A stretch of 64,000 bases of DNA, taken from the human T2T-CHM13v2.0 reference genome, Homo sapiens. A model generated the notes under the pieces. It did no database searches. It saw only the letters and a program-made list of their open reading frames with translations, and was not told where the DNA came from. This document shows, in pieces, positions 1 to 14,045 of this stretch; the stretch's first letter is position 1, and each line of letters starts with the position of its first letter. The position numbers were made by a program, and so were the translations under genes. The stretch lies in assembly GCF_009914755.1 (NCBI RefSeq), contig NC_060938.1; one strand, given 5' to 3'.

Positions 1-24
1 GATTTTCAAATATAGAAAATATCG

Positions 25-384
25 GGCCAGCATGATGACTCATACCTGTAATCCCAGCCATTTTGGGAGGCAGAGGTGGGAGGATCACTTGAAGTCAGAA
101 GTTAGAGATGAGACTGGGTAACAAAACAAGACCTCAATCTCTGCAAAACATAAAAAAATAAATAAATAAAATATCCAAGCATTGTGATGCATGCCTATCA
201 TCCCAACTACTCAGAAGGGTAATGCAGGAGGATTAGTTGAGCCCAGGAGGTCAAGGCTGCCGTGGGCTATGATGGCACCACTGCACTTCAGCCTAGGCGA
301 CAGAGCGAGAAGCTCTCAAAAAAGAAAGAGAAAGGGAAAGAAACAGTGGAAGGTAGGAAGGAAGGAGACAGAAAGAAAGAGAAA
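25..384 (+). mobile_element. Alu (AluJ-like, diverged) with GA-rich tail
   Basis: GGCC..CCTGTAATCCCAGC start; AluJ-type GGAGGTCAAGGCTGC right arm; tail decayed into GA-rich sequence; AGAAAATAT on both sides (possible TSD). Confidence 0.9.
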
Positions 385-1066
385 GAAAATATTAAATATC
401 TTGTGAAAAACAATCAGAAAATGGAACAAAAATATATAAAACATGCAGTAATTATTATCTTGCAAGTAGCCCAAACCTTTTAAAAATGCATCTGTCCACA
501 TTAGTTATCTGGCAATGGCCACTGTACCACTAGAAATATTTCAAAAATGCATTTCCCCTACACATTTGTTTCATATGGATTGAATCAGAAAACATGGAAA
601 CTACAGATTAACCTAAGTGTTCATTGATGCTTTAGTTTGAGTTTTGCAGAATATTCTCTTAATTTATTAACAATATGCTACATATATATGAAGCCATGAG
701 CTTTTCTATTTAAAACCTGTAGTGAAAAAAACAAACCTTAGTGAATTTCAAAAGGAGATTATGCCTTTTTCTTATTGTTACTGACATTTATTCAGTGTCA
801 AAATAATGACTATAGCAATATGTGGAAAAAATACTTAAGAACGGTTCAGAAAAGGGTGTCAAGCAGATACATCAGCCCATAATAAAGCCATCAGATAGGC
901 ATTCATCTTGGCCATCATCAACTTTTTGTCACTGTTGTTCAAGTTTATTCTAATATAGTTTTGCTGGTATTGTTGTTAATTAAATACTGTATATAAGAAC
1001 ATGGAGCCATTTTAACAGGAACATCTTTAGGCCACAACACAGATGGAGTCATGCAAATAACTAAAA

Positions 1067-1085
1067 TGACCACAAGGTGGCAAAG
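1067..1085 (+). promoter_or_regulatory. Candidate CTCF site
   Basis: TGACCACAAGGTGGCAAAG matches the CCACnAGGTGGCA core of the CTCF motif, in non-repetitive sequence. Confidence 0.5.
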
Positions 1086-1145
1086 TATACAAATCTACAT
1101 CATTCAGATGGGCTCTTCCAGAAGAGAAAGTGTCTTGTAGCAAGC

Positions 1146-1170
1146 GGGTGGGGCTGGGGAGGGAGGGGGG
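1146..1170 (+). other. G-quadruplex-forming motif
   Basis: GGGTGGGGCTGGGGAGGGAGGGGGG: five G-runs of 3 or more with 1-2 nt loops. Confidence 0.6.
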
Positions 1171-1606
1171 AGCTTTTTTATGATTGTCTGCTGGCTAGAG
1201 AATAGCAAAATTATACTAATTTCTCAAAAATTGGTAATTACCCCAAATTCCTAGTACTTGAAATGATGTATCATGTTACTATTCTAATTTATTATAAATT
1301 TTTCTGTTTTAGAGCAAAATTGAATTTCTTAAATCCCAAATATATATTTTAAAATCAAAATTATTGGGTGTCTTTCACAGCGTTTTAAATTCATTTGATA
1401 TGTATACACGAGTCAATCGGAAAATGGGAGTTATTGCTCTACAAATTCAGAACCATTATGTGATTATATGATTAGTACTAGTTATCACAAAATTACAGCT
1501 ATTTATATTTCAAAAATTTTTAGTTTGGAGCAGCTAGATTATAAGACTTCTTCTTAATATTGTTGTTTCCAACACTCTGTGATCTTTTATTTTCCCTATA
1601 ATGTAG

Positions 1607-1970
<364 letters not shown>

Positions 1971-2489
1971 TGACCTCTTGAGTCCTAGATAAGAAAATCT
2001 AAAATATCCATTTGGATGTGCCATACATAATTTATAATTAATATATTCAAAACTGAGCTCATTGTTTTTCTCCCAAAAGACCTCCTCCTTTCATCCGATT
2101 TCCCTCCTGTTAACCCAAGGCTGAAACCTGGGACTGCTTAGTATCTATTCTCTTGTTTCTCTGCACCCTTCATCATCTGGATCCTACCCACTTCTTTGGT
2201 CTCTACTTCTCCATTCCCTTTCCCCAAACTTAACCATATTCTCCCACCCTTCTTTGGCTTGGCCTATGCTACTTTTTGTTATCCGGCTACTACTCCTGGG
2301 GTTGTAAATTGACATACTTTCTGGAAGCTTTTGGCATAATGTATTAAATACCTTAGAAAATTCATATTCCTGTATTTGTCAACTCCATTTCTAAAAATGA
2401 AGTCGTGAAAAAGTTGATCTAACATTTTGTAAATATTATTTATAATAGAAAAAAACAGAAAACTTAAAACTCTAAGAATGTTTTGCAGT

Positions 2490-2828
<339 letters not shown>

Positions 2829-3899
2829 TCAAATAAATACTTTCATGGAAAATGTTTGTGATGTAATATTAAGTAAAAAGCAATGTTAGAATAAAACTGT
2901 TAAATGTGATCTGCTTTATCCCCCCTAACAAAGAAAGCTCAGTCAACCTTCACACCTAGACCTAACCCAATAGCATAATTGCACTTGGCACATGGTATTA
3001 TAATTATCTTCATTTTTATTTAATGTTTCTCACACCATTCTTCCTAAACAGATAGTCTATGGATCACTTTATCAGAGCAATATGTTGTTGTTTTTATATA
3101 TTCAAATTCTGAACTTACAGAATTCAGCCAGACCCATAAAATTGTCAGGAACTTTGCTATGCCTTTTTCTAGCTTTATTAGGTGATCTTGGTGATTTCAT
3201 TTATACCCACTGATGTAGCATAGCTATTTCACAGAATGTTAGGGTTAAATTAGTTACCTGTGTGAAGCAGCTAGCACACTGAGGAGCACATTATATAATT
3301 AATCTTGCTCCACTTTCACCCTGACTTCTCTAAGTCTCACTCCACCATCCCACCCTTCCTCTCACTCCCCCACACTTCACTACACTATTTACTGCCCCCC
3401 TGTTATCTCCATTGTGACTGACTGTCCTTTATTCCCGGAGTGATGGGTCTAAGAGCACTTGTGGGGCCAAAGGAAAACGTTATACAACAAAAGCTGGGTA
3501 GAAACTAGAGCACAAGATACACTATGTCTCAGTAAGTGAATGTAACTGGAATGAGGAGAAGGTATTCTGCTAGTGGCCAAGGACGCTGGGGTAAAGCAGA
3601 AGTCCCACCTTGACTGCCTCTGTCTCAAGACAACAGGAGAAGTAGCCACGCCGGGAACACTGACAAAATGCAGCCTCCTAGTCTCCATGAGGGAGACTAC
3701 ACAGAGTCCCAGAGACTCCAGGAGGTCTCCTTTAGGGGGCCTCCACAGAGACAGACCCCAGGAGGCTCCTAAAAAGCAAGTCTGACTTTTGAGGAGGTAA
3801 CGTGAGAAACCTTCTGAGATTTCATAAACGGATTGAAAGGAGCCTGAATCCAAACCAGCTCGTTGGCATTGTCACTTTCTCACTGTACGTTATTTATTC

Positions 3900-4020
3900 T
3901 CTCTACTCAGTTTTCCCATCTATAAAATGGACATGAAAATGATAGAGCTGTTATGAATATTGCAACACTTAATGCATGTAGGGTGCTGACAGTGGCTGGC
4001 ACATAGTAAGAGTTAAATAA
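3900..4020 (+). mobile_element. MIR fragment
   Basis: CTCAGTTTTCCCATCTATAAAATGG...GGCACATAGTAAG MIR core and 3' end. Confidence 0.6.
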
Positions 4021-4928
4021 AAGCATGCACACATTATTGATGGGTGGATGTCAGGACTGGGGGTCCCGTGATTTTGCCTGTGGCTATTAAACCATGGACA
4101 CTCCATGTTGGTTATTGTTTCGATCATATCCTTTGGTTAATTCCCCATGCTCATGTAGTCTCAGGAAAATGATGAAGCAAATTATTAAACCAAGTTAAAA
4201 TCACTCACCTTTGGTCTAAATAGGACACTCCCTAGAGAACTGGTCCATAATTCAATAGAGCAAATCTGTTACATTTCAGTAACAGAATTATTAAAGCACA
4301 ATGATCTCCTCAGAGAAAAGGTCTTGAAAAGATTAATCTTCAACTGAATGTTCTAAACAAAAGCAAGATTTAATGTTCCAGCTTTTGTTCTTGAAATAGA
4401 AACTATGATATACTTTTTCCAAATGAATATTAATGGATATAATTAAAAGCACATTATGATCGTCTACTGATTTACTCTGAGAGTGGCTGAGAATTCTTTA
4501 GACCAAAACTTAACTTACATATGTAGGCATTGAAAGACTTCAAGTTGCTTGTGTGAATTATGTTATAATATAAAAGGCAATCAATTTTAGTTTAATTAGC
4601 CAACACTGTGAAATTACTGATATTCTGATATATCTGTGATATTGTAAGTCAAGATTTAAGAACTTAATGTTCTCTTATCCCCTCTTAATCTCATCAAAAT
4701 GGGAACTTCTGCCAGTATAGGAAATAATATTAACCTATAGAAATTTGTGTTGAAATGAGCAATTCTCCAAATGAATTCAGGTGAGTTTTAATTACTTAAC
4801 TATGGACTTTCTCATTTAATTTTAAAATATATGCATTATATTTTATAATTAAAACTAAACTTATTTGTGATTATTTTATTCAAAAGGTTTCAACTCTAAT
4901 TGATTTTACCTGTGATGAAAGTTTTTGC

Positions 4929-5223
4929 GGCCAGACACAGTGGCCCATACCTGTAATCATAACACTTTGGGAGGCCAAGGCAGGCAGACTGCCTGAGCTC
5001 AGGAGTTCGAGATCAGCCTGGCCAACTTGGCAAAACCCCATCTGTACAAAACATACAAAAATTAGTCGGGTGTAATGGCATGAACCTGTAGTTTCAGCTA
5101 CTTGGGAGACTGAAGCAGGAAGATCTCTTAAACCCAGGAGGTCAAGGCTGCAGTAAGCCAGGATCACGCCACGGCATTCCAGCCTGGGTGACAGATTGAG
5201 ATCTTGTCTCAAAAAAGAAAAAA
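4929..5223 (+). mobile_element. AluJ
   Basis: Full dimer with GGAGGTCAAGGCTGCAGTAAGCC right arm and A-tail. Confidence 0.93.
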
Positions 5224-5479
5224 TATTTGCTAAAAAGTATCCCTAAGGAAAAAAAAAAAAGAAAAAAAAGAGACTGCTTTCAAATTTGTAGGACACCGTT
5301 CTCATTTCACTATTATAATTCACTTAGTAGATTGTTAGCTTTGTTAAAATTATTATATATACTGAAATATAACCAGATTTTTAAAAATTATTTTCTACTT
5401 ACCCTAATTCCACCAATTTAGTAAAACTTCACTAGAAAAGTTCATTTTTCCAACTCAGTTTATTATCCATTTTCTGAGC

Positions 5480-5869
5480 TGTAGTGGTTTGATTTGTGTT
5501 TCTCAAAAAAGATGTATCCACAGCCTAACCACTTGAATCTGTGAATGTGACCTTATTTAGCAAAATGATCTTTGCAGATGTAATTTAGTTAAAGGTCACA
5601 AGATAAGGCCATTCTGGCAGGGTGGGCCCTGTGTTTAACGGCACATGTCCTTATGAGAGACAAACAGAAGAGAGACAGATAAGAAGGCCATGTAAAGACT
5701 GAAACAGAGATTCTAGTTATTCTGCCGTAAGCCAAGGAGCTCTCGGAGCCACCAGAAGACGGAGGAAGGAAGAAAGGAATAATTCTATGCTGGAGCTGTC
5801 AGAGAAAGCACAGCCCTGCTCACATTTTTATTTTGGACTTCTGGCCTGAAGCAACTGTGAGAGAATATG

Positions 5870-5910
<41 letters not shown>

Positions 5911-6256
5911 AGACAGAGTTTCACTCTTGTTGGCCAGGCTGGAGTGCAATGGCGTGATCTTGGCTCACCGCAACCTCCACCTCCAGGTTCAAGAGATTCT
6001 CCTGCCTCAGCCTCCCAAGTAGCTGAGATTACAGGCATGCATCACCACACCTGGCTAATTTTGTATTTTTAGTAGAGACAGGGTTTCTCCATGTTGGTCA
6101 GGCTGGTCTCGAACTCCCAACCTCAGGTGATTCGCCCATCTCAGCCTCCCAAAGTGCTGTGATTACAGGCGTGAGTCACCACCCCCGACCCTGCACCTCT
6201 GTTGTTTTAAACCAAGGGTGTGGTAATTCATTAAGGCAACCTAGGGAATTAATACA
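5480..6256 (+). mobile_element. MLT1-type (MaLR) solo LTR interrupted by an Alu
   Basis: TG...CA termini (TGTAGTGGTTTG...AATTAATACA); internal GTGAATGTGACCTTATTT, GCCAAGGA..GAGCCACCAGAAG and TTTTGGACTTCTGGCCT are typical MLT1 motifs. Confidence 0.8.
5871..6190 (-). mobile_element. AluSp-like with uninterrupted 39-nt poly(A) tail
   Basis: T39 at 5871-5909, then GAGACAGAGTTTCACTCTTGTT...TTTCTCCATG (Sp/Sq diagnostics). Confidence 0.95.
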
Positions 6257-6744
6257 AAAGCAATTTCTAAAAATTAAATAGAAGAATTAGTCTGGCTATA
6301 TATTTAAAGATTGTCTTTTTACTTAAAAGTCTGTTAATATCAGATATCCTTCGAAAAAATGATTTCAATGAAATGTTAACTGAATTGATTACAAATAAAT
6401 TCAATATTTATTCCATATTCAAATTGCTTATAGCTTATTACAAGACAAAATGTGTAGCAATATTTGAAACTAGTTTTCTAAGAGTGATTCCCTACTCTGT
6501 TCAACTCTCCATTTTTCAATGATGTTTCATTTCTAAAAACAGTTTTAGGTGAGACAAAGTTACCACTTTCGGTATCACTTTAACCTCACCATTGATTGGC
6601 CTAGCTGATCCTAGCTGTTAGGGTAGTAGAACGATTCTCCCTTCATAGGAAGATGAGAGGGTCCATGAAGAGATTATTGACTCCTTTTCTGACCCCAGTC
6701 CTCTTTTTTCCCTACCGTACCATTGGACATAGTTTGCCATGAGA

Positions 6745-6816
6745 CAAGGGAGGGATGAAGGGAAACAGGGAGGGAGGCAGAGAGAGAGGGAGAGAGAAAG
6801 AGAGAGAGAGAGAGAA
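6745..6816. repeat. GA-rich / (GA)n simple repeat
   Basis: Purine tract ending AGAGAGAGAGAGAG. Confidence 0.8.
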
Positions 6817-7685
6817 ATGCTGAGTTCCTTTGTCTGAGAAAAGTAATGGGAATTGAGATGTGGACAGCTAGATGAAAACAGAAATAAGAAGTTTGTGGAA
6901 GCAAGTTTGACCTAATGAGGAGTTCCCATAATTGAACAAGCTAAAGGCCTTTCAAAGAGAACAGGATGTCTAATATTTCATATCATTTTGTGTGCTGTCA
7001 CATAAGCCCATATCATTATCCTTGAACAAATAATAACAGCTAACACTTATTAGATGTTTATTGTATATAGGCAGTTTATATGTATAATTTCACTTTATCC
7101 TCTTAATAGTTCTATGAGATACAAACTGTTATGAATCCCAGTCTTCAGGAAAGGTTTACAAAATGCACATGCCTCATGGAAGTGGTAAGTCAGGAAATGA
7201 AGGGAAATATATTCCCTTTGGGTAAATATAGATTAGAGAAAACACAAGGGAGATAATTTTATTTTTGCAAGCAGGAAGATATGTCACAGTGGGAGAAATA
7301 TCAAGACTACCCCAAGAATCCCCAAGAAATCCTAGATGAAACATTGTGTTTCCTATCTTAAAAAGGATACGTGCTTAATTTTTGCAGGATAGAGTGGCTC
7401 AAGAAGACTGAAAGACTTGAATAGATTCAGGCAACTGATATCTGAAGGCTCTAAAGCAACATCAATGGACTAGTTCATAGGATATGACATATATAATGAA
7501 TGAATTATTTTTCTTTTCTGTATTCTATGACTCTTATTAGTATTTTGTCCAGTGCAGATTGATACATTTATACATCCCATTTTTCCCCAATTCTGAGAAT
7601 AATTTTTCTTTTTTTACAGTACAGAGATTTGAATCAATTAGAATTTTTAAATCTTGAACAAATTTTGATAAGGTTTTTCCAATTA

Positions 7686-8039
<354 letters not shown>

Positions 8040-8493
8040 TTACAAGGAACACAGTCTCCACAGAGTGAGTTTTGTCTCTAAAAACACATCGCATATTTGC
8101 AGTAATACATTACTTTACATTAAGCTCTAATTCTAGATACGTAAGGGAACCTCCAGAGAAGTGAGTTGATTCTCATGTTTAACCAGACACCAGTGTTTAT
8201 ATAATATGTGGGTGAAAAAAAACTATTAGTAGGTATTAGCTGAGTTTATTATTCATTCATATACTATATGGGTAATAAAAAAACTATTAATGGGTATTAG
8301 TTGAGCAGATTAAATTGAAGGAGTGAGAGCTGTTTGTTAGTGGCCGGGTTGAGATAGTAGGAAATAGTGAACACTCACTGAGTTGCACTGGCCTTCCATT
8401 CCCTCTCCTTTGTCTTCATTCCTTTTTATCTTGCAAGGTTTGAGAGTACAGCGCTATGGTGCTCCAAAGGGACATCCAACCGCCTGAGAAACC

Positions 8494-9028
8494 TGTAGGG
8501 GAAACATAATCCCCATCGGTTCTTAGCTGGACTGGACTCCTATCACAAAAGGCAGATTAATAAGAGAAACACAGAAGTATATTAACATGTATATTTCATA
8601 TATACATAGGAGACATCCAGAGAATGAGTAGTTTTCAAAGAGGTGGCTTTGAATTCCAGCTTATATAGCAAATTCAACAAGGAACAGTAAACTCGTAGAT
8701 AAATGACAAGGCAAAGGAAAAAGACTTTGAGTTTCTTGGGGCAACAACTTGTGGGAAGGCAAGTAATTGGCAGATAAAAGTTAGTGAAGCTTGTTAATGC
8801 AGATGTATCTTGTGCTATCTCCAGGACCATAAAGGTCCAAAGTTATCTTCAGTGGTTAATCTTGTTCTCTCTGGGAGAAGAGGCGGCAGGATACCTTTTG
8901 TGTTTGTAAATGTGTGTCATGCTTTTAGACAAATAGAGGAGAGCAGAGAGCTTTCTTGCATCTGCTGCTTTTTGTCTTCAACTCACCTATTCTTCATATT
9001 TTAGGGTGGCATATTCTGGCTCCCCACA
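8494..9028 (-). mobile_element. ERV1-class solo LTR (MER34/MER39-like)
   Basis: TG...CA termini flanked by a perfect 4-bp TSD AACC (8490-8493, 9029-9032); minus strand begins TGTGGGGAGCCAGAATATGCCACCCTAAAATATG, as recalled for MER34/39-group LTRs. Confidence 0.75.
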
Positions 9029-9882
9029 AACCCCAGGCAGGGACCTTTCTGGGCCTCAGTGTTTCACACCTGCTACAGCAGCTGTTAGGCCCTTCCTACG
9101 CAACTAGAAGGACTTACTCTCCAAGCCTAAATTTGAAGGAGAAGAAATGATGAGTATAAACACCAGCTTTGAGGCAGATTCAGAATGAGCTCTTGTGATC
9201 CTTCGCCAGACCTTTGTCTCTTACAAATAAACACAGTCTTACGTAAAATTCCCTGCACACTTTTGAGAAATGTTAAGAAGAGTTGAAGAAAGAAAACCAT
9301 GTCAAGGATCCTGTGTTCTAATTAATGTTGCCATTGGATCTCTTAAAATAGGAAGGCAGGCCCTGTGCTTTGGTGTAGCATGACTCAAATTGGTTGTGGT
9401 GAAAAATCACTTTTAAAAAAGTTTCTAATTCATTGCATAGTTATACTTTTGGAAAACATACTAAAATGAATTGCTATAAGAATAAAATAAAAAGGACAAT
9501 AAAATACAATTCCAATTTTTTTATTATTATATTCAACAGCATACAATTACTCTACTAAATTGTTTTAAATATTCCTAAGCATTTACTTTCAATTTTTGTA
9601 CTTATTTTGTAGTGCCCAATGACCAGCCCTACTCCATAGATTTCACTTTTTATAACACTAGTTTAGTGTCTTGATTAGAAAGTTAATTTTATGAATACGT
9701 GAAAGCTACTGATTGTTTTAATTAAGAAACTTTTTTTTCCTCAGCAGTGAATGATTCCTGCAGAAACCTCTCTTTATGACCTTCTCTATTTAACGTTAGA
9801 GGTTAAAAATCTGGGGGTTGGGAGGAGAATTGTGTGAATAAATTCAGCTGATATAACACACATTTTAAAGTATCAATGGGGC

Positions 9883-10177
9883 GGCCGGGTGCGGTGGCTC
9901 ACGCCTGTAATCCCAGCACTTTGGGAGGCCAAGGCGGGCGGATCACGAGGTCAGGAGATCGAGACCATCCTGGCTAACATGGTGAAACCCCGTCTCTACT
10001 AAAAAAATACAAAAAAATAGCCTGGCGAGGTGGCGGGAGCCTGTAGTCCGAGCTACTCGGGAGGCTCAGGTGGGAGAATGACGTGAACCCGGGAGGCGGA
10101 GCTTGCAGTGAGCAGAGATTGCGCCACTGCACTCGAGCCTGGGCGACATAGAGAGACTCAGTCTCAAAAAAAAAAAA
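9883..10177 (+). mobile_element. AluY
   Basis: CpG-rich; GATCGAGACCATCCTGGCTAAC, CGTGAACCCGGGAGGCGGAGCTTGCAG; perfect 16-bp TSD AAAGTATCAATGGGGC (9867-9882, 10175-10190) at a TTTT/AA site. Confidence 0.97.
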
Positions 10178-10401
10178 GTATCAATGGGGCTTTAAAATTG
10201 TTTTGATTCCCAGAGTATTTCCTTGGCCCATCTCAGAAGTAGTAATATCACCTCATTGTCAACTAATCCTTATTTCTCCCTATACTTGGGGTAATATAAG
10301 TTAAGCCAGTAGTAATAACAATCAGGTTCAAATTTTTTCCAGAAGTGTGCAACATCATGTATGCTGAAACAAAGCAAAACAAAATAGAGAACTTAGAACA
10401 T

Positions 10402-10600
10402 GTGTAGTGATTAACACTTTGGACTCTGGAGGCAGAGTACCTGGGTTCAAATTCTGACCCCATTAGCAATTAGCTATGTGACCTTGGGCAATTTACTTAA
10501 TATCTTTGTACCAGAGTTCACTTATCTTTTGTGGAAATATATAGAACGTCTACCAAACTCTCATAGAATTATGACAAAGGTTAAATGAAATGCTTGAGTT
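10402..10600 (+). mobile_element. MIR
   Basis: CTGGGTTCAAATTCTG...AGCTATGTGACCTTGGGCAATTTACTTAA. Confidence 0.75.
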
Positions 10601-12076
10601 TTTGGCACCTTAGCTACCTAAGTGTTACATATAATTATTGTTTGGACATTTATATTAGGCTCTAGACTAAAGCATACTTTCAAGATTGGTTTGATGACTA
10701 GGACTCGAGAAATCTAAACTTTGGTTTCTGGTTACAGTCAAAATTGGGTAAACACATTCCACCCTGTCTCTTCCCCCAAATGCAACTAAAAGCCCTCGAC
10801 ATACTGCACAGGGCAGCTATCCGAGGATACTGAAGATTAAATGGTAGCAGGCCTACTGGATAAAGAAACCAGAACTTGAATCATCACCAAATCAGCAATG
10901 AATTGCCCATTCTAATTCTCTAACATCTTCTGGGAATGAACTCAACGACAGCCTAAAATGTGAGAGTGCCCATTGAATGTCAGCAGGAAAACCTCCAAGA
11001 GAAACTCTATTTCTTGACTAAGGAGCAGAAAGGAGGCCCACTGGAGTGAGAGAGACTGGGGAAATCTCGTGTTGTCATTTTTTCTCCCTTTACTGTTGTT
11101 TCTCACCCGAGCCACCGAGGCAATCCTGAAACAGCTGTGACAGCAGTGGCAGTGACTGTCAGGCAGTCACTAACAACTCTAAATGAGGGAACCCTTTTCT
11201 TTTGCCAGATGAACTGTGGTCCCAAAAGTATGAAAGGTGCCCCATTGTTACTTTTTCTCTATGTATCCTGCTGGTTGGTCCTGGAGAAATTCAGAGTCAT
11301 AGTAATTATGAAGAGGAGCAGAAAATCTAAATCCCTGGCTTTCTAGCCAGAAGATCACAAAAGGGATTTCTGAAAAACAGAATGTATCAGGAAGATCATA
11401 GAGAGGAGGGAGCTCAAGAAAGTAACTCCGGAAGTTGGGTATAAACTTCTGGGCTCGGTCTCAGTTTATAATACCTAGATCTGACTCTAAGCAGCTTATC
11501 AAAGCTTTTGAGAACTAGATTATGGGGTAAACTACCTGGGTCCTAAACTGATACTGGGTGGTGCACACAAAAGACAGATCCAAATAGCACTGCAAAGATT
11601 TTAAAAACTGAACCCTTTTTCAGAATTACAGCCCACAGAAGGCAAGTAGAAATTTGCAGGCTGAATTTAACAGGATCAATTAAAGACCACTAAAATTAAG
11701 AAACAAATAAAGCAATCAATATTCTCCGTAAGATTTAAACGAAACAGAAATATAATACTTGAAAATTCAGGATAAAAATCCAAAAGTTACTCAACATACA
11801 GAGAAATAAGGAAATAATAACATCACACAAGAAAAATGACAAATTACAGATGTCAATCCTGAGTGGCACAGATATGGGAATTAACGGATAATGACTTTAA
11901 AGCAGCAATTTTAAGTGCACTCTGAGATAATGCCAAATACTCTTGAAACAAAATGGAAAGATAGAATTTCAGCAGAATGATAGAAAACATAAAAATGAAC
12001 CAAAAGTAAACTTTAGAACTGAAAAATGACAATAAATAAAAACTCACCTGACGGATTCAAGAACAGAATGGGGGTT

Positions 12077-12397
<321 letters not shown>

Positions 12398-13722
12398 AGA
12401 ATGGGACAGAGGAATTAGTCAGGAAACTTGAATATAGGCCAATAGCAAAAAAAGATTTAAAAACAACAACAACAAAGCCTGAGGAATATGTGGGACAATA
12501 GCGAAAGGTTGAAGTTTGTGTTATTAGTATCCCAGAAGGATAATAGAAACACTATGTTTCAGAGAATTATAGTAATTATAGCAGACAAATCCCTCCCTTA
12601 AACTCTTAAAATGTGTATGATGATTGAAAGCAATTATTATAATAATATAATGTGACTTTCAATATATGTACATATAATGCCTATTAAAACCACCACATAA
12701 AGAGAAGAGTAAAGGGAACTAATAGCTACTAGCGTTTCTATATTCCACCTGAATGGTAAGATATTCATGTTTTACATGGACCTTGAAAAATTAAGTATGT
12801 ATTTGATAATCCTTAGATCAACCACTAGCCAAAAATACAATAAAAAAAGTAAAATTCTCAATAGACAAACTAAAATAGAATACTAAAAAATATTCTAATA
12901 ATTCAATAGAAGGCAGACAGGGGAAATAAGGGAATAAAAAATAGAGAGAAATAAAATTTAAAAAATGATATAATGGTAAACCAACATCTAAAAGTATTAA
13001 TAATGATACTAAATTTAAATGATCTGAACATAAGATTTAAAAAATATACCTTTATAGCAGATAGAAGAAAAAACCCAAGACCTACCTATTTGCAAGAAAT
13101 TCATTTTATATAATTATTTTTGTGGGTTTAAAATAAAAGAATGGAAAAAACATTCCATGCAAACACTAACCACAAGAATATAGAAAAACTGAGCAACACC
13201 ATCAATCAACTAGATTTAGGTAACACTTGTGGAGTGCTCCACCCAACAAAAGTAAATATACTTTTCAAGTACCCATGAAACATTCTCAAGGTCAGTCATA
13301 TTCTTGGTCATAAATAAATACTAACAAATTCAAGAGAATTAAAATCATACAAAGTACATTGCCTAATCATAATGGAGTTACAATAGAAGTCAATAATAGA
13401 AAGATAACAGAAAGGCCTTCAAATACTTGAAAAGTAAAGAATATACTTCTAAAAATTCATGGGTCAGAAAGAAAGACTAAAGAACAGTTAAAAAATGTTT
13501 TGAACATAAAAAAATTAAAATGCAACATACCAAAATTTGAGACACACAGCTAAAGCAGTGCTTAGAGGGAAATGTATAGCATTAAAATGCTATATTAAAA
13601 ATAAAAGTCTCAAACCAAAAACGTAAGACCTGGCATAAGAACTTAGAAAAAAGAATAACAAATAATCTTGAAACAAGCAAAAGAAAGGGAATAATAAAGC
13701 TTGGCCAAGAAAATTTAAAACA

Positions 13723-14045
13723 AGCTGGGCGAGGTGGCTCACGCCTGTAATCCTAACACTTTGGGAAGCTGAGGTGGGCGGATCACCTGAGGTCAGAAGT
13801 TGGAGACCAGCCTAGCCAACACAGTGAAACCCCATCTCTACTAAAAACACAAAAATGAGCCAGGCGTGGTGGTATGCACCTGTAATCCCAGCTATTCAGT
13901 AGGCTGAGGCAGGAGAATCGCTTGAAGCTGGAGGCAGAGGTTACAGCAAGCCGAGATCGGCCACTGTACTCCAGACTGGTGACAGAGTGAGACTCCATCT
14001 CAAAAAAAAAAAAAAAAAAGAAAAGAAAAAGAAAAAGAAAAAAAG
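13723..14045 (+). mobile_element. AluS
   Basis: Full dimer with A-run and (AAAAG)n tail. Confidence 0.95.

Noticed and set aside
3449-3853. 134-aa minus-strand ORF in a slightly GC-richer patch
   Set aside because: Non-ATG start, no recognisable domain, no convincing splice context; possibly an old LTR that I could not assign
4203-4786. Consensus donors AAG|GTGAGT (minus, 4203-4211) and CAG|GTGAGT (plus, 4778-4786) as lncRNA exons
   Set aside because: No transcript structure can be built from sequence alone; such motifs are common
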